A stretch of DNA of 64,000 nt from Marsupella aquatica (Eukaryota > Plantae > Marchantiophyta): contig OZ316891.1 of assembly GCA_973895155.1 (NCBI GenBank), positions 7,681,808-7,745,807 on the forward strand, read 5' to 3'. Shown in pieces: positions 1 to 11,050 of the stretch. Every line of letters starts with the position of its first letter. Position 1 is the stretch's first letter. Under the pieces are notes generated by a model. The model made no database searches. It had not been told where the DNA came from and was given only the letters and a program-made list of their open reading frames with translations. The position numbers and the translations under genes are program-made.

Positions 1-1431
1 AATAGAGCGATATCGGGTTGAGTCTGCCTACCTGAAGGACAAAGTGGCAGCCTAGGAGACTGAACTCCAGCAATTGCAACCTCAGGTAATGGCCACGAAG
101 GATCAGGTTGCCAAGGCCAGGGCCTGGGTAGCCTTAGCAGAGCAGGCCAGGCTCGGAAAGGACTCCAAGATTGCATGGCTCCGGACCAAGATTGACGGTT
201 TGAAGGGACAAGCCGTCAGTTGGTAGAAGGATCTGGAGGAAGCTGACTCTCAATCTCAGCAGGACGCAGCCGAGATTGACACCCTGAAGACAGAGGTGGC
301 ACGGCTTCAAGGAGAGGCCACAAGGCAGGCCCAATTGGTGGATAAGCTGATGAGCGACGTCCAGCAACTGGAGGAGGCATGTTAGGAGGCCGCGGAAGAG
401 ATAGACGCGGCAAAGCGTGAGAATGAATCTCTGCTAGACCAGGTCCAGCTACTCAAGCAGGATACTGACAGGCTCAGGAGGCAGCGGGATAGCCGCTCCC
501 ACTTGGGCGGCTCTGGCAAGTGTGCCAGGCATTAGCGGCAGAGTAGGATTAAAATAAAGTTAGGAGTAGCTAAATCGGGCTATAGGGACAAACGCCTACC
601 CTAGTTAAAGCGGCGCTGCCATACTATCCAGCCTGCGTAGATTAGGATCTTCTAATAAGACAAGCCATTTTCCGGCCTGACAGCCAGCTTAGTTAGGATC
701 TTAGTTAGCAAATCTATGGACGTGAGGCCGCTCCGGTCCTCAGCCCTTAGTATTTAGTGCACCCCTCAGTAGAGGCAGGGGGTTTTTAGTCTCAGAGTTG
801 GACATCCGCGGTATGTGCGGGGAATCCCGACCTCTATGAGTGAAAGAGTACCAAGGGGAGGGGGTAAGACTAAGCTTGCTGGGCAAGTGCGGAGCCATCC
901 TCCATTGTAGTATACACCCTTGGCCTTGGACCTATTCATTCAAGAGCTTTCGGGTCAACTAAGTGTACGTGTATGTCCGCTATGTAAGTAAAATCCTTTC
1001 CCATTATTTCCTTTGTGTAAATTGAGATTGTATGCTTGTGCGTGTGCATACGTGTGAATCTTGTGTATGGATGCCAACGCTTGGCTGAACGCACTACCCG
1101 AACCATGCACTGGGTGCAGCTTGCGGGTAAGTGGTACGTTGCGAGCACGGGTTGAGTAACTGTATTATTGTATCCGGATTGAAGGCGGACAACACAAAGG
1201 CTTAGAAGCCTGTAAGCCAGGGTCGATCCCGCTATCGACTAAGGTACATTTCGGTGGCGGAACACAAACCATACCTAGGAGGTGTCCGTTAATAATAGTA
1301 GACGCACTTAGCGCTAGTTTATGTGAGTTAGGTGCATTCCGTGCTTCCCTCCCTGCCCAAACCCTCATATTTACGAAGGATGTGCCTGTCTAAGCCGAAG
1401 CCCGGGTTAAGGCCTAGGCTGACGACGTGAC
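1..1431 (+). mobile_element. 3' part of a degenerate LTR-retrotransposon-like element: end of a coiled-coil accessory ORF (stop ~536) followed by a non-coding tail ending ...CGTGACA
   Basis: E/K/Q/L-rich reading frame with internal stops (…DQVQLLKQDTDRLREQRD…GKCARH*). Purine tract at ~853-866. Ends in CA at 1431, exactly where a different repeat begins. The region at 25310-25920 is similar. Confidence 0.5.
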
Positions 1432-1777
1432 ACCCGTAGGAAATCAATCATTTCTCCAATATGCGGGTTGGTGCAGGTGATTCGGAGGAAGCCATTCTTC
1501 GTTGACGGCCCGAGAAACAATCTAAACTCCTTGTCCGACAAGTTCTTTTGGGTTTCTACTTTAGCCTTGTTGCCCATTGGCGGGCCCATTGGCAAGCCAA
1601 ACACTTCGGCAATCACGTTGGAGGTGAGATAGAAGTCCCTCTCGTAGATCTTTGTGGAGCTGGTCTCGTGGTCCCATTATCCCACAAATTCCAGTAAGTC
1701 CAATTCTGGCACCTCCTTCTTCAGCCACGGTAGGCTTACAAAGGTCCTTAAGCCTGATCCGACCATGAAGCCCTGGT
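1432..1777 (-). mobile_element. Inverted, diverged copy of the retroelement ORF segment at ~5447-5783
   Basis: Reverse complement matches 5447-5783 (VIAEVFGLPMG…FLRITCTNPHIGEMIDFLRV vs VIAKVFGLPMG…FLRSTCTNSHIGEMIDFLRV). Confidence 0.85.
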
Positions 1778-2402
1778 GGAAAGATTAGAGATCCACAGAA
1801 CTTGCCAAACCTCATTCCATTCTCTCTTAGAAAGTGTTTCACCCAAATCCTGTTCAATCTAAGAGAATCCAATCCCTTAGTCTACATCATTTCATAGACC
1901 TGGTGATTGGCAAGCCCAAAAGATTTAATAGGGGCATCAATGTCCAGCCATTGCCACAACCGTGTTGGTGCATCCCATTGGCTGCAACAAGAGGTAGAGG
2001 AGTGAATTGCAGAGAAGAAATCCATGCAAACTGCCCTAACATGTGCCGTGAGTGCACAAATTTGCTGCATCCTCACATCAAGTCCATCCATTCTCGCTCT
2101 TCAGTTCACCAAAAATCTCCAACCCTACAAATTCCCAATTTTTTGCACACTTTCACAATCTTCTCTCTGTCCATCTCTGATAGACCATAAAAACCATATA
2201 AGCAACGTAGCAAGTCTTCAATACCCCAATGGCCAGGAATAACAGCAGTACCAAGGCAGAAAATCATGTGCATGCGAACAAGATCCCAGGCACACCAGAT
2301 CTGTCTCGTGTAGAAAAGCTTGCCAAAGGACCATGGAGAGCACAATAGAAACTTGTCCTTCATGGAATAGTTGTTCCTCCGGCCAATTCTGTAATTTCTC
2401 CA
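1778..2402 (-). mobile_element. LINE (L1 clade) ORF2 C-terminal fragment, degenerate
   Basis: RRNNYSMKDKFLL…FGKLFYTRQIWCAWDL…IPGHWGIEDLLR is homologous to 8240-8560 and 12200-12480. Confidence 0.85.
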
Positions 2403-2462
2403 CTTGGTGTCAAGCAAAAAAGCTGCAAGTTCACAAATATTTTGGCATGTATCAGTAGAAGT

Positions 2463-3226
2463 CATCTCGGAGAGGCTCTCTGAGATAGTTCAAAAATGTG
2501 TCCGCAATTACCATCTTGGAGACCCTCTCCCAGACAGGTAAGATTGATCTCGGAGAAGCTCTCTAAGATAGGTAGGATTGATCTCAAAGAGCCTATCCAA
2601 AATCCTACATATCTTGGAGAGCCTCTCCGAGATAGGGAAGATCCATCTTGGAGAGCCTCTCTAAGATAGGTAGCTTGGATCTCGGAGAGCTTCTTTGAGA
2701 TAAGAGGATCCATCTTGGAGAGCCTCTCTGAGATAGGTAGCATGGATCTTGGAGAGCCTCTCTAAGATAGGTAACTTGGATCTCAGAGAACTTCTCTGAG
2801 ATAGGTATGATCCATCTTGGAGAGCCTCTCTAAGATAGGTAGCATGGATCTCGGAGAGCCTCTTTGAGATAGGTAGCTTGGATCTCGGAGACTCGGAGAA
2901 CGTCTTTGAGATAGGTAGGATCCATCTTGGAGCCTCTTTGATTTAGGTAGCATGGATCTTGGAGAGCCTCTATGAGATAGGTAGCTTGGATCTCGGAGAA
3001 CTTCTCTGAGATAGGTAGGATCCATCTCGGAGAGGCTCTCTAAGATAGGTAGGTTCCATCTTGGAGAGCCTCTCTAAGATAGGTAGGATCCATCTTGGAG
3101 AGCCTCTCCTAGATAGGGAGGACCAATCTCGGAGAGCCTCTCCTAGATTAGAAGAACTTATCTCAGAAAGCCTCTCCCAGATATAGGAAGGACCAATCTT
3201 GGAGAGCCTCTCCAACATAGGTAGGA
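2463..3226. repeat. Minisatellite with ~34-bp unit (ATCT[CT]GGAGAGCCTCTC[TC][GA]AGATAGGTAG[CATGG/GATCC]), roughly 22-23 copies
   Basis: Directly visible tandem array. Each unit contains the inverted repeat ATCTCGGAGAG/CTCTCCGAGAT. Confidence 0.95.
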
Positions 3227-3279
3227 CTGATGTCGGATAAGTAGAGCATGTCCATCTTATTAGTGTTGCTAACAAGTGC

Positions 3280-4460
3280 AAATCTATTTTGCGTGATGTG
3301 ACAGGCTTAATATCTGCATTTGGATATATTTGCCATAAAAGGGTACATAGGTGACCCTTCCAAAGATAAATATGAAGCCAATTACTGGTGACCTGTGCCC
3401 AGCAAAGAGCAATGCCCTATCCAATTTTATGAAGGAAGATGATGCAGTAAGAGATAAATTGGCGGGTACTTTATTGCCTACAACATTGCAATGCATCATA
3501 GAGCACATCACCAATCCCGGTGATATATAATATTTTCTTGGAATGTCCACTTTGGTGCTATCTACAAAGTTGCCAATTTGGTCTTTGTACGTCTTACCAG
3601 CTTGTGGAAGCGTTGCAAGAACTTCCTGAAGGATTTGTTTTTGTTAAACCAAAGTCGTCCTAACTTTAGCACTGCCAACTCCAAGGTTCCAATGGGTCAA
3701 AACTCCTTGACAAACAACGATTTGAAGAGTTCCCAGGTGGCCTGCTCCTCAACATCTAGAGCTTAGTACCACGGTCTTGCCTCACCCTTGAACAAGCCGA
3801 GAAGGATTTGCATCCTAATGACCGACTCTCTATTTGCTGTAGCGATTCCCTCAAAGTTATCCAACCATTCATCAGGATCCACATCTCCTCTACCATGAAA
3901 CGCCTTGTAGTGAATGCGCGATTGTTGACTCAACTTTGTTCCTCCCCTTGCCTGGTTGTGCCTCTGGTTCTCCCATGCTCTCAGTTGGGGAGTTAGCTCT
4001 TGAATTGGATGTACTCCTACTTACCAACCCTTTTACTGATTGCTCTTCTTCAACACCACTCTCTGTTATGGAGCTACTAGCTCTATCTGCCCCTCTTAGT
4101 TGCTGTGTTTCCTTCCACCCGACGATCTGTTGCAGACAAGCTTTCTCCCACTATACTGCCCTTCCTTCCCTAGCAATATGTTCAGTCATTACCTATACTC
4201 CACTACCTAGCTCCATATCTCACGGCTTAAGAAATGCCCCCTCCATCAGGCGCCAAAAATGTGGTTCATCCCATGGCTCTCTAAACCTAAGAACATCCCC
4301 TGAACAAGCCAATTCCCACTGGTTTTGCTCTTGCCAAGGCCAATTCCGCGGGTTATCGCCATGGGACATTGCTAATTGTTTGACTAACTTTTTACCCACA
4401 TATACTGGACAGATCCTTCATCGGGTCATGACATATGTAGCCGACCTACTCTAGGCCTCT
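3280..4460 (-). mobile_element. Ty3/gypsy-like remnant: LTR 3' end, PBS and degenerate gag
   Basis: Minus strand reads …GATGAACCACA TTTTTGGCGCCTGATG, i.e. an LTR-terminal CA followed by a TGGCGCC PBS-like motif at ~4244-4258. Downstream gag-like remnants (LLGLFKGEARPWY…TWELFKSLFVKEF) contain stops. Confidence 0.65.
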
Positions 4461-4699
4461 TGTGATGCCTAGCCAGGAATCACTAGGCCGTATTAAGGAG
4501 TAAAATAGGAGGTATACAATAAACCATTAGTATAAGGGCAGAAAAACTGGGAAACATAAACTATTAAGGGCATACATGGAACCGGAGCCGAGGCCAAAGG
4601 AGGAGTAATGGTCACTAGGTTGTGATTAGGGTTAAGGCGTAACACTGGCTGCTGCCAGTAAGCAGTACCAATACATACATCGTAGGCCGGAAGGAAGGG

Positions 4700-7205
4700 G
4701 GGTTAAGGCAGGGCAAACAAGGAGTGATGGCTCACATTCACACCTCGAGCAAGCAAAGTGCAAGCAGAAGCCAACAACTGTCAGTTGTAGAGGAGAACAC
4801 GGGGGGCATAAGCAACTACCAAGCAACGCCAGAGAAGGGAATGAGCAGCATCAATCAAGCAGCACATTTTTGGGGATGCCTATTTGAACGAGCAAGTGAG
4901 TACGTCGGGACCTACAAGGAGGAAGAATCAAAAAGAATAGCCTGCGAGCAACATGAGCTTGCTCGGTTATAGGAACTGCAAAAGACAACCTTCTTAGGAG
5001 GAGAATTCATCAAGGCTGAATTCCTGTGGACACCTACTGGCGATGAGCTTGATGACCTTCTAATTCAAGACAACAGAATTGTCAACATCCGACAAGCTAT
5101 CAACAACTGCAACGACAAACATTGGGACTTGAAAGGTTGCATGGCGGCGTGGACAAAAGCAATAGTGTTGGGAGAATCGTCAGGTGCGGCTGAAATGAAG
5201 AGGAAGATGGCCAACAATGAAGAAAACACACCGGCCAAGAGGACAAGGTCGGCAGTATCAAGGAAGCCGGCCAAACAAGGGAGGCAGAGAGAGGAGGACA
5301 CCAAGGAACAAGAAATTGACCCAATCAATGTCATCCCTACCCGAGACGACACTTGGAAGGGCTGGGCGGCAATGATACCACTAGCAGTGCAGCTACATTT
5401 TGCACGAGAGGAGGATGCATGCTTTACAGCCATGCAAACCAAGAAGTACCAGGGGTTCATGGCCGGATCAGGCTTGGAGACCTTTGTGAGACTACCGTGG
5501 CTGAAGAAGGAGGTGCCAGAATTGGACTTACTGGAATTCATGGGATCATGGGACCATGAGACCAGCTCCACCAAGATCTATGGGAGGGACTTCTATCTCA
5601 CCTCCAACGTGATTGCCAAAGTGTTTGGCTTGCCAATGGGCAACAAGGCTACGGTAAAACTCAGAAGAACTTTTTGGGCAAGGAGTTTAGATCATTCCCC
5701 GGGCCGTCAACAAAAAATGGCTTCCTCCGAAGCACCTGCACCAATTCGCATATTGGAGAAATGATTGATTTCCTACGGGTGACAATGCATTGCAACTGGC
5801 CGGGGCCGGAGATCGGCAAGGCACAGGTTTACCTGGCAGAGAGGCCAGACCCAAGCCGGGATTACAATGGGTGTACCTCCTCGATCAACTAAGAAAGATA
5901 TTGAGGGAGGAATAGCAGGTGATTAGCCAAAGGAGCGTGTCCCGGCTTGGTTATCACATGTCGTTGTTATGCCGGTATGCTCGGAGTCAAATCTTTGCCC
6001 CGATCCTTCCCCTACAGGCTAGAGCGCTAGAAGAGGAAGCAGAACCAAGGCCGGCAGCAAAGCAGCCCGACCCGCCCGGCAGCCCCATGATAACTCAGAT
6101 CTTCTGACAGGTGCCGGAAGCCGGACCGATGCTACAACTGGCTATACAGAGCCTTCTACACATACTGAAGAAGGAGAGGCGGCAATAGCACCAGAGGCAG
6201 CGGCAGTGGGCACCGCAAGAACCACTAGAGGTGAACCCATGGCCGGGGCCATGAAGAAAATCAGGCCAAAGCACAAGCCAGGGGTACGGATGTATGTAGG
6301 AGCCTCTAGTGCGGAATCAGAGGGATAGGGACCCAGGGTTCCCAGTCCTGAAAAGGAGTGCAAAAGTCAAGTGCAGAAGCCGGAAGGGCAAGCCGCACGC
6401 ATGTATAATCCTCGGCAGGAGGCCAGGTTTGCGGCTAGTCCTAGAGAGGACAAGCAGGCACCAAGATGCTCGGAAGTCGGGGAACACGTGGAGGAATACC
6501 ATGAGGACTTGGGTTACGGGAATGATCGCTCTGTATCAGGGGTGTGGACCTGCGGCCATTTTATCCCTAGACTACCAAGAGTGGTGCGTGGGGATCCACA
6601 ACAGTAGGGGAGCCCAAAGTCTCCCCCACCGGACGCACCTCCACCAATTTTTGACAGAAGACAACAGGCCAATCACGAGTTGCAGCAGTGATTTAGTAAC
6701 CTGGAGGAAGCAACCCTGGCCAAGGAGAAGGATTTTCCAGGCAGTGGATGGCCGGAGGACATTCGGCAACTTGCAGGGACTCAAGCTGGGCCCTTGCCCA
6801 CGTTTGACAAGATACAAAGGGCGTCTTGGGAAAGAAAGCCACATTGGGAGATGCCGGCATCTCCTAACCACTCCACCTATGCACGCTCTAGAGCCCTGGA
6901 GTATGGGAGGATGTGTGGACTACTTGCCTTTGACATCTTTGGGGATGAGTTAGAGACGGGACCCTTCATCCATAAGGAGATGTTGGAGAAAAGCCGATTG
7001 GAGGATGCACTGGCCTTGGAGAGGATGAAGAAGGAGGAAGTCATCCGTTGGCTAAGGGAGAAGGAAGCCGAGACCGGAGAGTTAAAGATGGCCAAGCAGG
7101 CCTAGGACAAGCTACGAGTTAGGAAGCATGAAATAAGTATCATGCAGGGAAAGATTGAAGAGGGACTGAAGGAGACTAAGGAACTGAGGAGCACAGCGGA
7201 CTTGA
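4700..7205 (+). mobile_element. Degenerate retrotransposon accessory ORF(s) (Athila/Tat 'env-like' or plant-mobile-domain-like, C-terminal coiled coil)
   Basis: Frameshifted ORFs 5129-5764, 5674-5892, 6371-6607 and 6794-7105. Motif LLEFMGSWD…FYLTSNVIAKVFGLP resembles the 'I..VLGLP' motif of TE accessory domains. Multiple stops and a second copy at 1432-1777. Confidence 0.5.
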
Positions 7206-8232
7206 GAAGGTTGGATGTTCTTGGCTGGGTCATCACTCTGGATCATTGTTAGACTTGGTAATCTGACAGGAGAAGACGGTTGTGATTCCCCACTGTTTGT
7301 GATTTGCAGTAATTGATTTGGTTGAGGAAAGGTCGAGCGCATGTAAAAGGGAGGATTAGGGCTCTCCGGAGAGTGGGTATAGACGGTAAAACCGTTGTTT
7401 GCTGAATAAGAGAACAATAAATGTTCAAACGGTGAAGGGGAGGTAAGCAAGGAAGGTTGGGAAGGAGGGATCGATCGCACTTGGGAACATTTGGGTAAGC
7501 AAGAGCACGGGCAGAAGTGGTGAAAGTGGAGACTTGGCCAAACCAACAGCCATCCAAGTAACTAGAGACGGGATTTCAACGGAGTCTGGTTGAAGATCGG
7601 CGGGGAGGTACAGGCAATCGAGTATACTTCAAGTGGGAGGTGAGAAGGGACATCTCTCTGTTTCACTTTCTGATATAACTGTCTGACATAGCCAAGTTGT
7701 GTTGATTACTGGAACCGGGGCTGAGGTAGGGAAGAATAGGGTAGAACAACTGAGCAGCCACACGGGCTTGGCTCCCCCGGGGAACGAGGAAGGACTCAGT
7801 GCACATGCTAGGGAGGCAAACGAAAGATTTAGTAAACAAGACTCCCGGAGTTTAGCTCCCCCCACGGGAAGAGGCATGCTTGGTCCTTGTTACAGACGTC
7901 CGTAGTTTAAGATGCAGGAACCTTATGATCTATTTGACAAGGCGGATACAGGACGTAGAGGGAAAGACACTAAGCTGCCACAAGAAACAGGGGAGATCCG
8001 CAAGTCCACGGACACCCACTCTCGGGCTACAATTGATCAAGGCGCGAAGGAAATCAAATTGGATCCTCAACAGGAGCGTTGTGCTGAGCCAAGGAGCAAG
8101 GAGGTGGGGGCGTGCGAACACCCGGAGGGAGAGGAGGGGCCTGAGGTATCCAAGGAATGCATCAAAATTCTAAAAGAAATTGCAGCTAATTCCAAGGGAG
8201 AATGGAGTACTAAGCTCTTCACGGCTGTAGAC
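7206..8232 (+). mobile_element. 5' UTR and N-terminal ORF1 fragment of a third LINE on the + strand, truncated
   Basis: ORF 7912-8235 ends CIKILKEIAANSKGEWSTKLFTAVD, which aligns to CIPLLRRISDLTIQNWPSQLHTTITW in the ORF1 at 16367-16993. Upstream region is G/purine-rich like a LINE leader. Confidence 0.55.
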
Positions 8233-11050
8233 TGACCGCAAATCGTTGACTTTCCTAACACCAAGCCTTCCACAGATCTTAACTACACCCAAAATGTTGT
8301 CCTCAGGGAGAGTGTAAAAATCCAATAGATAGCGCAGAACATCTTCAATCCCCCAGTGTCCGGGGATGGCCGCAGTGCCAGGACAAAGGACCAGGTTCTC
8401 CCGTACCAAGGTCTAGGCACACCAAAGCTGACCAGTATAACAGAGCTTCCCAAATGAGCAAGGAGTATTGAGCAGGACCTTATCCTTCATTGAGTAGTTG
8501 TTCCTGCGTACCGTCTTATAGTTGTGCCATTTAGTTAGCTTTAGATTCTCCGCATACATCCTGGCCCATTCCGATTCTGGTCGATGAAGCGCACCAGTAA
8601 ACCATTTACTTAGTAGGGCGTCAGAATGACTACGGAAGTCCTTCAATCCCAGGCCACCATCCACCTTAGGTCGTGCCACCTTCTCCCAGGCCACCAGTGG
8701 AATTTGCTTCCCCCCTGTTTGTTAATCCCCCAAAGAGAAACACGACTGAGTGCAATCAGCTTCTTTGCCAGAGAAGCAGAGGATTGCAGAAACATCATGT
8801 GATATACAGGAATGGCAAGTAAAACATGTTTGATCAACAACACCCTTCCAGTGAAAGATAGAAAATGGGTAGACCAAGATGAGAGTCTGGCTCCAATCCG
8901 GTCGAGGCAAAAGTCATGCAGCTGTGCTTCAGTAAGATCCAAGCCAAAAGGGGCACCCAAATATTTCTGTACCACTCCTCTTTCACTAATCAGACATCCA
9001 GTAGCCAGAAGCCAGCTTGGGATCACCTCCACAGGAAGGGGAATAACAACTGACTTGTTTAAGTTCAATTTAGCACTTGTGGCATCTTCATAGCAAGTGA
9101 GAGCACTCCTGGCTTGCTCAAAGGCAGCCGCTGAGGCCGGGATGAACAACCCTAAGTCATCAGCAAAAAGTCTAAAACATGTGTAGAGAGCTGGAAATCT
9201 GCAAACCTGTAATCTACCAGCATTAATCTCCGATGTAAGAAAATCCATCAAGGGCTGTGTAGATATGACAAAGAGAAGAGGTGAGAGAGGGCAGCCTTGT
9301 CTCACACCCTGGACATCTTCACCTCCTCAGTCCAGATGCCATTGACAAGAGCCTTAGAGCAGGCATTGCTGATTAGAGACTTTACTAGAAAAATAAAATG
9401 TGAGCCAAGGCCTAATAGGTTCATAGTTTCCCATATGTAAGAGTGATCCACTCTGTCAAAGACCTTTTCAAAATCCAGTTTCAGGAAAAGAGCCGGGGTC
9501 CTAGTGAAGTTAATCCAGTCTTTAACCAGCCAGGTGAGAGAGATATTTTCCAGAATGTGCCGCCCAGGGATAAAGCCTGTCTGTTGTGGACAGATCAGCT
9601 TAGGTAGTAACATTTTTAGACGAAGGGCTAGCAGTTTAGCCAAGAGCTTGTATACAATGGTTAACATGGTTAATGCTCTCCAATCCCCCAGTCTCCGCTT
9701 ATCAGTTTTCTTAGGAATAGAACGAATAACCCCATCTTTGATGTTGAAAGCTAGATGTCATGTTCTCCAGAAATCACAGATCATGTCATGGAAGTCAGTC
9801 TTCATGAATTCCCAGCAAGCCCTTAAGGTCTCCGCAGTCATGCCATCAATACCCGAAGCTTTGTCACTGGGAAGAAGCAACAAAGTGTTGTGTAGTTCAC
9901 GTATAGAAGGCAGCTCTTCAAGCATTCTAAGCTCAGCCGTAGTAGGGGCAAAATGTGTGTTTCTACTCAGAAACCTGCGTGCTGTTCTCTGCTTCCTCAA
10001 TTCTTCTCCTTCCAGTTATGGCGGTGAGTACAACTCCTCACAAAAACGTTGTACCTCTCCAACAATGAGTCGCTCCTCCCTTAATTCCGTGCCACCATCA
10101 ACCACAAGATATTCCATCTTTTCTCTAAGCTGTTTGGCCTTAACAGTGGAGAAATAGAACTTAGAGGGTTTGTCGCCTTGGCCCAACCATTTAATCCTAG
10201 ATAGCCGGCGGTAGTGGTGAGCATCTTCAAGTTCCATTGAACGTACATTATCTTTGGTATTCATAAACTCTGTGATACTGTCAGTGGAGTAATCCTCTAT
10301 GATGGTAACCTTCAGAAGTCAAAGTTTGTCACGCATTAGTGCAACCTCTGCAGCCTTGGGCAGTGGTGAAGATTATAGCGTCATGTAGCATTGGCGGAGA
10401 CGCTGATACGCCAAAGAAAATTGCAGATGAGGTTTAGCAAGGGGAGCAGCATCCCCAATCCACGCAGCCTCCAAAAGTCCCAAGTTTGCAGAGTTCCTGA
10501 CCACAGCAGAGTTAGCTTTGAAGTAAGAAGTGCTTCGTTGATCATAAGCAGATGTGAGCAAGGGGGCAATGCGGAAAGAGATCAGCACAGGGTCATGGTC
10601 CGATAGTGCCGATCTGCCATCATGTTTGAGTTCCAGTAGTTCCTCCGTCCACTGGCCTTTCTCACTGAAATAGAACCTATCAAGGCGAGATTGAGTCATC
10701 ACGCCATTTCGTATCCGACGCCAGGTAAACCTGGATCCCGATACCTGACCAAGAATAGAGAGTGTGTCTTGCAGGTCAAGTCAAACCTTCAGTAACCTCC
10801 AGAATTCCAATTCCCTCTCGCGGATCAACGGGGTCAAGCCAGTGGAATCGCATCAGAGCTCAGTCATGTTAAAATCTCCAATGAACACCCATCAACCCTG
10901 AGGCAATTTGTTTTTCAAATCATTCCAAAGAATAGCTCGTTCTCTTGGAGAGTTGGGCGCGTACACACTGATCAGCCCAAAGGTTTCCTCGGCGTGTTCC
11001 AACTGGGCCCAAACAGCTCTGCCCAGGTCCAGCGTACCCGATGATAGTAC
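8233..11050 (-). mobile_element. LINE-A (L1 clade) ORF2: endonuclease C-terminal part, reverse transcriptase and downstream region; frameshifted, 3' truncated
   Basis: Motifs SVYAPN, GDFNM, SRLDRFY, SDHDPV, KASGIDG, QQTGFIPGR, LKLDFEKVFDRV, RQGCPLSPLLF, LFADDL, KYLGAP and GGLGLKD are present across several broken frames. Confidence 0.95.

Noticed and set aside
2463-3226. CRISPR-like array (palindromic repeats at regular spacing)
   Set aside because: The intervening sequences are only ~11 bp and are themselves repeated, not unique spacers. No cas genes were seen and the context is eukaryotic.
2462-3281. ORFs with repeated LPILERLSKMD
   Set aside because: Translations of the minisatellite.
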